DNA of 64,000 bases, taken from Sulfobacillus sp. (GTDB lineage: Bacteria > Bacillota > Sulfobacillia > Sulfobacillales > Sulfobacillaceae). Numbering within the stretch: the stretch's first letter is position 1; each line of letters starts with the position of its first letter. The DNA lies in the NCBI GenBank assembly GCA_027309085.1, contig DAIDDL010000002.1:47063-111062 (forward strand), written 5' to 3'. Below the pieces are notes generated by a model. It did no database searches. It saw nothing but the letters and a program-made list of their open reading frames with translations, and had not been told where the DNA came from. Position numbers and translations under genes: made by a program. This document shows, in pieces, positions 17,772 through 27,031 of this stretch.

Positions 17772-20201
17772 ATGAAATCACAAGCACAGGTCGTCATTAT
17801 TGGTGGTGGAGTCGCCGGAACGAGTATCGCTTATCATCTAACCCGTCTGGGTTGGCATGATATTATCTTGCTGGACCGTAACGAACTCACCAGTGGGTCC
17901 ACCTTTCATTCGGCTGGATTAGTGGGACAGTTGCGCTCCTCTGTTTCATTGACCAAAATGCTGATGTACAGCGCGCAACTCTACCGCCGCTTGAAACAAG
18001 AAACGGGTGTCGATATTGGGTGGAGCGAAATCGGTAGTTTGCGGCTGGCATCAACACGGGAACGTTATGAAGAACTGGAGCGCCAAGCCGGCTGGGCCAA
18101 GTCTTTTGGCCTGCCTATGGAGTTAATCAGCCCAGCCGAAGCCAAAGAACTTTTCCCACTGATGGACGCGCAAGGCGTGTTCGGGGCTGCTTACCTGCCC
18201 ACCGATGGGTATCTGGATCCTAGCAGCCTGACCCAAGCGCTGGCTAGGGGTGCGCGTCAGGGCGGGGCTGACATTGAAACCTTCACGCGGGTCACTGGCA
18301 TCGACACTGAGCGAGGGCGCGTCAAACGCGTCATCACGGACAAAGGCACGATTGCCACAGAGATTGTCGTTGACGCCGGAGGAATGTACGCCAACGATAT
18401 CGGCAACCTCGCTAACGTTACCGTCCCCCTCATCCCCATGCAACACCAATATATTATAACAGAAGCGCTGAATGCGCCTAGTGAGATGATGGAGCGTCTT
18501 CCAACGATGCGGGACCCGGACAACTTGGTGTATTTTCGCCGCTGGGGTCAAGGCCTCGTGATGGGAGGCTACGAGCGCACCCCTGAGCCGTGGGGCCTGT
18601 CCGGCATCCCGGCCACATTCAATGGGCAACTTCTATCTCCTGATATGGACCGTTTCCTGCCGATAATGGAAGGGGCCATCAAACGGGTGCCGATAATGGA
18701 AAGCGCTGGAATTCAGACCTTCATTAATGGCCCGGAAGCGTTCACGCCCGATGGAGAGTTCATCCTAGGGGAGTCCGACGTTTCAGGATTTTTTGTAGCC
18801 GCGGGCTTTTGCGCTCACGGCATTGCGGGAGCTGGCGGTGTCGGCCGGATGATGGCTGAATGGATTGTAGAGGGTGAACCGTCTCTGGATTTGTGGAAGA
18901 TGGATATCCGCCGATTTGGACCCCAATACCGTGGCAGACAGCTGGCCCTTGAACGGACGAAGGAAATTTACCAGACCTACTACGATATCCGTTATCCTCA
19001 TGAAGAATACTTAAGCGCGCGTCCCCTGCGCCTATCCCCTGCCTACCCTGCTCTCGTGGCCTTACAGGCAGAATTTGGAGAAAAGGCGAACTGGGAACGC
19101 GTGAATTGGTTCCGGTCTAATGAAATAAACTCCGGCGATATAGACCGTCCCCACGGATGGGCGGGGCAAGTCTGGTCCTCTGCCATTGGAGTGGAACATC
19201 TGGCCACGCGTGAGCGGGTCGGTTTGTTTGACGAAACGTCGTTTAGCAAATTAGAAATCGGAGGGTCCGATGCGTTGGCTTTTTTACAGCACCTCTGTGA
19301 TAATGACATCGACCAGCCACCGGGCACGATCGTTTACACCCAGTTGCTGAACTCGCGCGGGGGCATTGAATGCGACTTGACGATCACACGTCTGGCTCAG
19401 GATAGATTTCGCCTGATCACAGGCACCGCTTTTGGCTACCATGATATGGGCTGGATTAAGAAGCACTTAGATCCAGAAAAACAGATCTACATCCAAGACG
19501 TGACCTCACAGCTCGCCTGTATTGCATTATGGGGCCCGCTGTCCCGCGATGTGCTGCAGCCTTTAGCCTCTAAAAGTCTCGCGGGTGACCAGTTTCCTTA
19601 CATGACGGCACAAGAGCTCTTTGTTGGCGACATCCCCTGTTTGGCTGCACGCGTGACATTTGTTGGCGAGTTGGGTTGGGAATTGTATTGTCCCATGGAA
19701 TTCGGCTTGGCTCTGTGGAACGTGCTCTACAACGCGGGGCAGCCATTCGGACTCATAGCCGGCGGGTACCGCGCGATCGATTCACTCCGGCTGGAAAAGG
19801 GATTCCGTGTATGGGGCTCCGATGTTACTCCGGAAACGACGCCACTGGAGGCGGGCCTCGGGTTTTGTGTAAAAATGGACAAACCGGGCGGGTTTATCGG
19901 CCGCGACGCCTTATTAGCCCAGCGTAGTGAGGGATTACAGCAGCGGCTGAGATGTTTGGTTTTGGATGACCCCCAGTCTGTCGCTGAAGAAGGCGAACCC
20001 GTTCAGTTTCAAGGAGATGTCATAGGGCGCGTTAGAAGCGGCGGCTATGGTTATTCTCTTCAGAAAAGTTTAGCGTATGCTTATCTGCCGCTGCATATCA
20101 AGGTGGGTGAGCGCGTTAGTGTCGAAGTGATGGGACAGTGGATCCCCGCGACCGTGATGAAAGAACCCATTATGGCACGCGCTCCCGGTCTGACTCAATA
20201 G
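17772..20201 (+). CDS. GcvT-family FAD-dependent oxidoreductase (dimethylglycine/sarcosine dehydrogenase-like)
   Basis: 809 aa: GGGVAG FAD motif, GSTFHSAGLV, NGPEAFTPDG, aminomethyltransferase domain (SLRLEKG). Confidence 0.92.
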   Translation: MKSQAQVVIIGGGVAGTSIAYHLTRLGWHDIILLDRNELTSGSTFHSAGLVGQLRSSVSLTKMLMYSAQLYRRLKQETGVDIGWSEIGSLRLASTRERYEELERQAGWAKSFGLPMELISPAEAKELFPLMDAQGVFGAAYLPTDGYLDPSSLTQALARGARQGGADIETFTRVTGIDTERGRVKRVITDKGTIATEIVVDAGGMYANDIGNLANVTVPLIPMQHQYIITEALNAPSEMMERLPTMRDPDNLVYFRRWGQGLVMGGYERTPEPWGLSGIPATFNGQLLSPDMDRFLPIMEGAIKRVPIMESAGIQTFINGPEAFTPDGEFILGESDVSGFFVAAGFCAHGIAGAGGVGRMMAEWIVEGEPSLDLWKMDIRRFGPQYRGRQLALERTKEIYQTYYDIRYPHEEYLSARPLRLSPAYPALVALQAEFGEKANWERVNWFRSNEINSGDIDRPHGWAGQVWSSAIGVEHLATRERVGLFDETSFSKLEIGGSDALAFLQHLCDNDIDQPPGTIVYTQLLNSRGGIECDLTITRLAQDRFRLITGTAFGYHDMGWIKKHLDPEKQIYIQDVTSQLACIALWGPLSRDVLQPLASKSLAGDQFPYMTAQELFVGDIPCLAARVTFVGELGWELYCPMEFGLALWNVLYNAGQPFGLIAGGYRAIDSLRLEKGFRVWGSDVTPETTPLEAGLGFCVKMDKPGGFIGRDALLAQRSEGLQQRLRCLVLDDPQSVAEEGEPVQFQGDVIGRVRSGGYGYSLQKSLAYAYLPLHIKVGERVSVEVMGQWIPATVMKEPIMARAPGLTQ

Positions 20202-20287
20202 ACTATGATTAATTGCGGAGGCTCCATAACAGGAGTCGACGCCCTTGCTTGATGGCTTTCATTATACAAAGAGGGGTGATTGGTCCG

Positions 20288-21745
20288 ATGGTTTCCAGCG
20301 AACGTTCTGTGTGGCAGGCTTGGATAAATGGACGGTGGACCGACAGTATCAGCGGGCAAAAATTCAGCGTTGACGAACCAGCCACCGGATTGCGCTTAGC
20401 TGAGGTATCCAAACTTTCCTCAGAAGATGTGGACCAGGCAGTCAGCATCGCAAAACGCCAATTCGATAGTCAGCAGTGGAGTGGAATTTCCGCGACGGCT
20501 CGCGGAAAAGTTTTGTACCGTCTAGCCACTTTAATCCACGACAACGCAGATGTTCTGGCTCAATGGGAAACGCGGCAAGGCGGCAAAACGTTTCAAGATT
20601 CTCTTGATGAAGTACACACAGCAGCGGATTGCTTTGAATATTATGCTGGCGCAGCGAATAAGATTTTCGGCCACACGATTCCTGTTTCCGCCAAGGGCTT
20701 GGATTACACTCTTCGCGTTCCTGTAGGGGTGGTCGCCCTAATCGTTCCATGGAACTTTCCGTTTTTAATTACGGCATGGAAAGTCGCTCCAGCCTTGGCG
20801 GCTGGCAACAGTGTCATTGTGAAACCAGCAAGCTACACTCCCCTCACAGCTTTGGCACTCGGCGAGTTGACAGCCGAAGCGGGAATTCCTGATGGAATAT
20901 TTAACGTTACTCCCGGCCCCGGCAGTGAAGTTGGGGAAGCACTCGTATCCGATCCCAGGGTTGACAAGATTGCATTTACAGGCGAGACCACCACAGGGAC
21001 TCGCATCCTGCAACTCGCAGCGCCCGGAATAAAGCGTGTGTCACTTGAACTGGGAGGCAAATCTCCTACGATTGCTTTTAGCGGCATAGATATTGAGCGT
21101 TTCGCCAAGCTTGCTGTGCAGTCCGCATACGGCAACGCTGGCCAGGACTGTTGCGCCCGGAGCCGGGTCCTTGTTGAACGCAAAATTCTTGAACCGTTCA
21201 CCGAAGCTTTTGTACGCAACGTGAAATCATTAAGCGTCGGAAACCCATTTGATCCTCACACGGCAGTCGGTCCTCTTGTATCCCAGGCGCATCGCAACCG
21301 CGTTTCGCATTACATTGACCTAGGCCTTGAAGAGGGGGGCACACTGGCTATGGAGCCCGAAGACCGGAATGTGCCGGAACAAGGCTACTACCTCGCTCCC
21401 GTGGTGTTTACCAACGTCAATTCACAAATGGCGATTGTCCGCGAGGAAATTTTTGGCCCTGTCAGTTCCATCCAGGCCTTTGATACGGAAGAGGAGGCCA
21501 TCAGACTGGCCAATGACACGCCCTATGGTCTGGCTGGCTCCATATTCTCGAACTCTGTTGGCCAAGCTCTTAGAGTCGCGGCGGCTGTGCGTACTGGCGT
21601 CATGAGCGTCAACAGCATTAAAAGCGTCCACCTGGAGGCTCCATTCGGCGGCTTTAAGCAAAGTGGCCTAGGACGCGAACTAGGTATGGAAGCCTTCGAT
21701 CACTACACGGAAACAAAGAACATCTTTGTTTCTCTAGACGATTGA
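20288..21745 (+). CDS. NAD-dependent aldehyde dehydrogenase
   Basis: PWNFP, FTGET, LELGGKSP (catalytic Glu), GQDCCAR (catalytic Cys), EEIFGPV, PFGGFKQSGLGRE. Confidence 0.95.
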   Translation: MVSSERSVWQAWINGRWTDSISGQKFSVDEPATGLRLAEVSKLSSEDVDQAVSIAKRQFDSQQWSGISATARGKVLYRLATLIHDNADVLAQWETRQGGKTFQDSLDEVHTAADCFEYYAGAANKIFGHTIPVSAKGLDYTLRVPVGVVALIVPWNFPFLITAWKVAPALAAGNSVIVKPASYTPLTALALGELTAEAGIPDGIFNVTPGPGSEVGEALVSDPRVDKIAFTGETTTGTRILQLAAPGIKRVSLELGGKSPTIAFSGIDIERFAKLAVQSAYGNAGQDCCARSRVLVERKILEPFTEAFVRNVKSLSVGNPFDPHTAVGPLVSQAHRNRVSHYIDLGLEEGGTLAMEPEDRNVPEQGYYLAPVVFTNVNSQMAIVREEIFGPVSSIQAFDTEEEAIRLANDTPYGLAGSIFSNSVGQALRVAAAVRTGVMSVNSIKSVHLEAPFGGFKQSGLGRELGMEAFDHYTETKNIFVSLDD

Positions 21746-21777
21746 CCACATCCTCCCGCTAGTAAACTTCCGCTAAT

Positions 21778-21816
21778 AGCAGTCAACTTAGGCAACTGAC
21801 CTAAGCTGACTGCTTT
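21778..21816 (+). terminator. Intrinsic terminator after ALDH
   Basis: AGCAGTCA-ACTTAGG..CCTAAG-CTGACTGCT stem followed by a short T run. Confidence 0.6.
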
Positions 21817-22098
21817 AAACAAATCTACAGAATGGGCCGTACCGCCTCAATCAATCGACCCGGAAGCATCAATTGCTTTTGGGCTTTAGAGGAAATCATA
21901 ACCGCCCTTGTCACGATACGACGAGGACCGCGCCGGCATTAAAATTGTCTTGAGGATGGACCGAAACCTCAAAGGAGGATGCGCAAGGCCAAGATGAGTT
22001 GACCGCCATAAATGGCAGCGCCCCATGATAAGTTTTCATAGTCCTTTGTCTTGATACCGATCGCCTTCCGGGCGTTGCAGGGCCGGTCAAAAACTTTC

Positions 22099-22152
22099 AA
22101 CCATAAAGAAACAGCGGAGTCCCCTGCGGGATTCCGCTGTTTCTTTATGGTT
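22099..22152. terminator. Long (25-bp) bidirectional terminator hairpin after the CotF-like gene
   Basis: AACCATAAAGAAACAGCGGAGTCCC-CTGC-GGGATTCCGCTGTTTCTTTATGGTT; one G-U/mismatch. Confidence 0.75.
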
Positions 22153-22760
22153 CAGGAGGGTAATACGGCATTTGCGCCGGTCCAGTCGCCGTCTGTATGG
22201 GCAGACCCGTGCGTGGATGCGATCAGTTGCTCGTGATTCTGTCTGAACCACTGCTCAGCATTGTCCGTCGCCCCAAGAGGGACGTACCATCCCTTCATTT
22301 CCATAAAGCGGTAAAACTCATAAGCCGCATCGAGGTGGTACCGAGCCATCTCCGACAGGGCGCGGCGGATGCCAACGTGAGAAATTTCTGTGGCAGCCCA
22401 GATCGTGCGCACCGTCATGCTCTTGGAATAGTCCAGAAGATCTGCGGCAATCACGCGGTCCGAAAAGCCCTGCCCCACTTTCGGTTGGACTGGTGAGGGC
22501 GACTGAGAGGCAGATGTCCGCGGGCGGCCTTTGAGTCCCCCGTCAAGTTGCTCAAATTTCTGATTGAGAGACTCGCCATTGGCGATGTCAATCAGCTCGT
22601 TGTAATGCGTTTCTGCCTTGCGGCGCTCGTTCTCCACCATGGATTTTAGATCGGAATCCTGGACGAAAGACAAAAAACCCGTGGCCTTAGCGATCAGGGT
22701 CGCATCAGCGGTGGCGATCTCATGAATCTGCTGGAATTCTGAAGAAGTCAGTTTGGGCAT
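22152..22760 (-). CDS. Spore coat protein, Coat F domain (CotF/YraD-like)
   Basis: C-terminal DRVIAADLL..K......AATE....RRAL....H......Y.FM..KGWY pattern; RBS AAGGAGG. Confidence 0.72.
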   Translation of the reverse strand: MPKLTSSEFQQIHEIATADATLIAKATGFLSFVQDSDLKSMVENERRKAETHYNELIDIANGESLNQKFEQLDGGLKGRPRTSASQSPSPVQPKVGQGFSDRVIAADLLDYSKSMTVRTIWAATEISHVGIRRALSEMARYHLDAAYEFYRFMEMKGWYVPLGATDNAEQWFRQNHEQLIASTHGSAHTDGDWTGANAVLPS

Positions 22761-23084
22761 GGTTACCTCCTTGAGTGTATGGTTCGCCCTTATCCTGTCC
22801 GCGGACTGGGCGGTTCATGCACCCGGGAGACGCTGCGCTCTTCTCCTGCCCTCTGCACCCTCAAACACTTTAGGCGGAAGATCAGCGCCTTGCATGACGC
22901 GTTCAAAATTCAGCACGGCTGGCAACCGACACCGGACCGTTAGGGACGTGCCGGCCCGCCGAGAAAGGCACGCCTGCCGGACACGAAGCGATATCCGCTG
23001 GCTATATGCCGGCGGCTTGGGGGCAGAAGAATCGTGGGATCACCAACGATTATTACCAAAATAATGTAAAATCCCACAAAAAAT

Positions 23085-23119
23085 GCCTCTTCACGGGGCA
23101 GCTCTTTCCGTGAAGAGGC
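23085..23119 (-). terminator. Intrinsic terminator after the acetamidase/formamidase gene
   Basis: 12-bp stem GCCTCTTCACGG/CCGTGAAGAGGC with a T-tract on the minus strand. Confidence 0.75.
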
Positions 23120-23152
23120 CTTGAGAGAATTGGCGGCTTGGCCGCCGCCCGC

Positions 23153-24454
23153 TCATGCGTTATAGTGTTCCGAAACGAGATTCCACAGACCTTTTGATTC
23201 CAGAATCCGGCGGGGCACTTGGAGACTCAGTTGGACCACGCCGGGAAGCCGCGAAATCTGCACTTCCCCACTGACGGTGCCCCGGTTCAAGATTTCATCC
23301 TCACTCATGTTCATAAACCGTGCGGCCCGCGTTACCGCATTGTTGGTGGCCGTGTTGAGATCCTTGCCCGTTCCGATGAATTGGACGGGCAGCATATCCA
23401 GTTCGGGCACCACTCCCAGGTCTTGGCTCAGTTCAGCGAACTGCTTGCGTTCTTCTGGAGAAAATGGCCGAACCATGCGGGGAAGATCTTCAGCATTGGG
23501 CAAGAGCAACGGGCCGTCAATGTCCAGTCCCTTGATCACTTCAACTCTCACTGCAATATCTGCCGTAATGTCGATGCTGTGCCCGGCAATTTCTCCGCGG
23601 CCCATGATGGAGTGTGCGTCGCCCATGTACACCCCGGCCCCGTCCACTTTTACGGGCGCAATCAAGACGGCGCCTGGGCGTACATCGCGGCAGTCCAGAT
23701 GGGCATCGGTCCGCGCCGCGTCTAATTCCTCTTCCGTCACCCTCCACTCATGGTGGGTTCCAATAAGGAAAGAGCCGAAATCTCCGGCATTATGGGAGTC
23801 CGGCAAGGTCCTGGAAGGGATCGTGCCAATATTCCCGATGCAGGGTTCGACTCGCACCGGCAGTCCTGCCAATGCGTGCGCGGCATAGACCAAAATAGAG
23901 TATTGCTGGCTGCTCTCAGGCAATTCTGCCATGGCCCGTGCATCATGCGCATAGTCTTCGGCACGGTCTTGGCCGACCGCCATGGATAAGTGGTGGTCTT
24001 TATCAAACGCCACCGTGTACCCTTGCCCAAAATGAAAGGGACTAGCCTCGCTGCCACAGTGGCGGCACCGGATACTGCCTTCCCCTATCCCCCGCAGTTC
24101 ACTCTGAGGCCAAAGCGTTCCACAGTGAGGACATTTTTTGGCTACAAACGGATCCTCGATGAAGGCAGAGGCATTGGTCTGCATCGTACCGGAACTGGAC
24201 GCCCGAGACACGACGTTGACGGTCTCGATATAAATGGCGACAGCATCACCAATTCTGGCCCCGTCAATATACACCGGCTGGGTCACTTCGTGGCCTCCAC
24301 GAAAGTCCGGGGTAATCATGGGTCCCCAACATCCGGGCGGCGTAATCGCGCGGATGCGGCCTCCGCTTTCTAGTCGGGCGAAAAATCCCGTTTCCGGTCC
24401 AATCAGCCCGTGAGTGAACTGGGTAACCAAAACATCCTTCTCCAGCTTAGCCAA
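23153..24454 (-). CDS. Acetamidase/formamidase family protein
   Basis: GGHEVTQPVYIDGA.IGDAVAI, HNAGDFG, LDCRDVRPGAVL..PVKVDGAGVYMGDAH..G.GEI motifs; TTG start with AAGGAGG. Confidence 0.85.
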   Translation of the reverse strand: MAKLEKDVLVTQFTHGLIGPETGFFARLESGGRIRAITPPGCWGPMITPDFRGGHEVTQPVYIDGARIGDAVAIYIETVNVVSRASSSGTMQTNASAFIEDPFVAKKCPHCGTLWPQSELRGIGEGSIRCRHCGSEASPFHFGQGYTVAFDKDHHLSMAVGQDRAEDYAHDARAMAELPESSQQYSILVYAAHALAGLPVRVEPCIGNIGTIPSRTLPDSHNAGDFGSFLIGTHHEWRVTEEELDAARTDAHLDCRDVRPGAVLIAPVKVDGAGVYMGDAHSIMGRGEIAGHSIDITADIAVRVEVIKGLDIDGPLLLPNAEDLPRMVRPFSPEERKQFAELSQDLGVVPELDMLPVQFIGTGKDLNTATNNAVTRAARFMNMSEDEILNRGTVSGEVQISRLPGVVQLSLQVPRRILESKGLWNLVSEHYNA

Positions 24455-24659
24455 TTTACTCGCCTCCTTGTCTATTGCACTGTCTCAGATGCGGAATGTT
24501 GCACATCGGTCTCCGGCTGATACTGCCTCTTTACGGAGAACGTGAACTTCCGTTGCGCTGACAAGCAACCCGCGCCACGGGCAGAAAAAATAGCGATTAA
24601 ATCATATCATACGCCGTCGCGGCTACTGGGATACCGCCATAATTCCCCATAAATGGTGG

Positions 24660-24985
24660 GCAACTATTTAGGTACCCCCATGCCTTTTGAGGAAGAATTT
24701 GGAGCAATTCTCTTTTTCGCTGTGCCAACGTAGCTTGATACAGTAGGGCCAGATCGATGATGAGGTGAACACGGTGCTCCCCCCTCCGGACCCCACGACA
24801 TTGGCGCTGACCACAGCGCCATCTTGGAGAACCTGGACCGTGAACGCTTTGATGCCTGCCTCGATGGCGTATTTGCCGTGATCCAGGCGCTGGGGGAGCA
24901 GAATCAGGCCCTCCGCGCCCAAGTGGCGACATTGCAGGAGACGGTCGATCGGTTCCGGCGGCAACTCGGCCAGAACAGCCGGATC
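24660..24985 (+). mobile_element. IS66-family (single-ORF, DUF6444-type) left-end remnant
   Basis: Terminus GCAACTATTTAGGTACCCCC resembles IS66 GTAACTATT ends. It is followed by a coiled-coil fragment ..AVIQALGEQNQALRAQVATLQETVDRFRRQLGQNSR that breaks off where the NSxNSSxPPS motif would continue. Confidence 0.55.
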
Positions 24986-25433
24986 CTGCAGCGTTCCAGA
25001 CGCGGTGGCGCCAGGGATTGCCGATGATTCTCCTGGCGCTCGTTCAATCTATTGCGCAGCTGTGGGCCAATCGCGTGCTGCAGCTCTCGGAGCGCGTGTT
25101 GCAGGTGTCTCTAGCCTTCCAATAGCGTCAGTTGCGGCGGCAAGTGGTCGAGGCGACGGCTCGACGGCAACACCAAGATGGGCTGTGGGAGGCGAGATCG
25201 CCAGCTGCCGACCTCTCCAGCGAGGCCCCGGTTTGTGGTCGTCCTGACAAATGCCACCTCAATAGGCTCCCCCACCGCCCCATACGGACGATTGCGCATG
25301 AGTAGAGCGCTCATCAAACAGATGCCATAGTCTTCTGAACGACCATGGTCCCTGATGAAGCGGGTTGCCTGGTTAGCCGACCGGTAAAATGCTTGAGAGT
25401 GTCAGCCGCCCAACGCATTACTGTGCAATTGAA

Positions 25434-25697
25434 CATAACGCCCGCGCATTCCCCTTCTTAGGCGATAGCCAAGAGGGGGTCAAGCGGGCCAGCCCGCAGG
25501 GCTAGACAGCCCTAAATTTTTGTTCTACTATAAGGGCATAGGGGCCGGAACGGTCCGAATCGACGCCTGGGGAGATCCAGCATAAGACGCACGCAGCCTA
25601 ACGGCTCGGCGCAGCGGTCGTAGAACCAGGAACTTCCGGGAGTGATCCCAGAAACCCCTGCCTCAACCCGTATGGGTTAGGCGGCGGGAGAGTTCAT
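25434..25697 (+). mobile_element. 264-bp non-autonomous IS200/IS605 (TnpB-type) mini-element (PATE/MITE)
   Basis: Left end: cleavage site TGAA (25430-25433), guide CATT (25447-25450), hairpin 25451-25478. Right end: guide GAAA (25651-25654), hairpin 25655-25689, cleavage site TCAT (25694-25697). Both pairs obey the IS608/ISDra2 guide-cleavage pairing rule, and excision restores the doc frame. Confidence 0.88.
25503..25531 (+). promoter_or_regulatory. Sigma-A-type promoter inside the mini-element, upstream of the omega-RNA scaffold
   Basis: TAGACA-N17-TACTAT. Confidence 0.65.
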
Positions 25698-25715
25698 GCC
25701 ATTCCACAATCACCG
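25535..25715 (+). ncRNA. Putative TnpB omega RNA (reRNA): scaffold to 25697 plus flank-derived guide
   Basis: Typical right-end motifs GGGGCCGGAACGGTCCGAA..ACGCCTGGGGAGA, GAACCAGGAA and the terminal hairpin GAAACCCCTGCCT..AGGCGGCGGGAGAGTTCAT. The guide would begin GCCATTCCACAATCACC. 5' and 3' ends are inferred. Confidence 0.65.
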
Positions 25716-25949
25716 GCAGGGACAAATGTTTCTCCGCCACCTCTACAATAAAATTATCGGCGTCTGTCGGGGCGTCCCACAAGGCCATGTCGGCGTCGAA
25801 ACATAGAGCTCATCGCCGCCCATAGTAGCCTGGGGACGTGCCACTGCGGACTCCATCCAGGCCTTCTAGGTTCAAGACGCCCTGCAAACCGCCGAATCGT
25901 TCAACCACCTGAAAGTGAACGAACAAGACTTCCTGAACGGTCAAGTACC

Positions 25950-26195
25950 TCATCGATCAGCTAACCGCCGCAACACGTCCTCGTATTCCGTCACAAAATT
26001 GTCCACCGCCTGAACGAAGTCCGGTGTGATGTCGGCGGTCACCTCATATAGCGGCTTAACGACGATTTCTCCTTGGTCATTTCGGAGAACCTGCACAAGT
26101 TGGTCTTCGAGCCGCATCTGGCGCACCCACTCGGAAGGAATCGAAACCGCGAAACTGTTGCCCACCTTGAAAACCTTCCGCACTTCCAGCGTCAT
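25950..26195 (-). CDS. AbrB/MazE/SpoVT-family antitoxin (partner of doc)
   Basis: RKVFKVGNSFAVSIP N-terminus, C-terminal EYEDVLRRLA; RBS AGGAGG; TATAAT at 26217-26222. Confidence 0.85.
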   Translation of the reverse strand: MTLEVRKVFKVGNSFAVSIPSEWVRQMRLEDQLVQVLRNDQGEIVVKPLYEVTADITPDFVQAVDNFVTEYEDVLRRLADR

Positions 26196-26985
26196 CGCGC
26201 CCCTCCTGTTATTACGATTATAACGCAGTGAATGCTGTATCAGCAGTTCACACCAGCAGTGAATACTGCGGGACTGGCAAGTGGGGGACGCAGGCATTGG
26301 TCTCCCATGCAGACACCAAATGAACCGGGCCGGCATCTACCGACTTTCACCTCTTAGTCATATCGCAAGAAATGGCGCGATGGGATCCCCACGGCGTGGT
26401 GCAAATTAAACAGGAGCTGCAGATTGGATGGCGCTGCAAATTCCTTGCGCCATGGACCCAGTAATAGGGATAAGTGGGCGGTTGCCGTGCAAGGGCAAGA
26501 GTGAGGCGAAAAATCACGTGTCCGCGTTTTATTGGTTTTTTGAGGCGGTGGGCGGCTATGTGCCCGAACCTCTGGTGGTCAAAATGCCGGGCTATGCGCC
26601 TCCCGACAGGGGAAAGTAGTGTCTGCACCATACCATTAATCGACGGGTCTTCTCTTTGTGGATTATTTTAACCCAAGGTTCCTAAAACCGGGGATCACAA
26701 ACGGCTCTATCCACATCAGCCCAAACGCTTTTATGAATATATCGGAGACCCGAAAATCCCTTCTGTCTGGCTATCCGCAATCAGCTCACCTTCAAATTGT
26801 TATCTGTTAGCACGGTCAAAGTTAGTGAGCGATACCATTCTTTTCTGGGTTACATCTGGTACCACGTTGAAACTTCACCACGCTAATCAGTGATCATTGG
26901 GGGCGATAGCCGCAACGGCGATCGAGCTTATGGGGTGCCATCCAACGGGTGGTGTCTGGACAGAATTGCATTTCTAGGCCTGGGA

Positions 26986-27004
26986 ATATATACTCGGTAT
27001 ATAT
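26986..27004. promoter_or_regulatory. VapBC autoregulatory operator
   Basis: Perfect inverted repeat ATATATAC-TCG-GTATATAT about 30 bp upstream of vapB. Confidence 0.65.
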
Positions 27005-27031
27005 CATAATCTTGTTTCGGGGGGTGGTTTC

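Larger units (their letters stand above)
25402..25953 (-). pseudogene. doc: Doc/Fic toxin pseudogene interrupted by a mini-IS
   Basis: Starts MRYLTVQEVLFVHFQVVERFGG..GV.N, with ATGA overlap to the antitoxin. A TGGA duplication (25852-25859) shifts the frame before ESAVARPQATMGGDELY. The central HPFxDGNKR region is absent. The C-terminus DNFIVEVAEKHLSLPVIVEW continues as LQLHSNALGG* once 25434-25697 is removed. Confidence 0.85.

Noticed and set aside
25352-25400. CTGATGA hammerhead-like core
   Set aside because: No properly placed GAAA and no three-stem junction.
26347-26900. Short ORFs between the antitoxin and vapB (one with WFFEAVGGYVPEPLVV, faintly IstA-like)
   Set aside because: Similarity is too short to assign to any transposase or gene.
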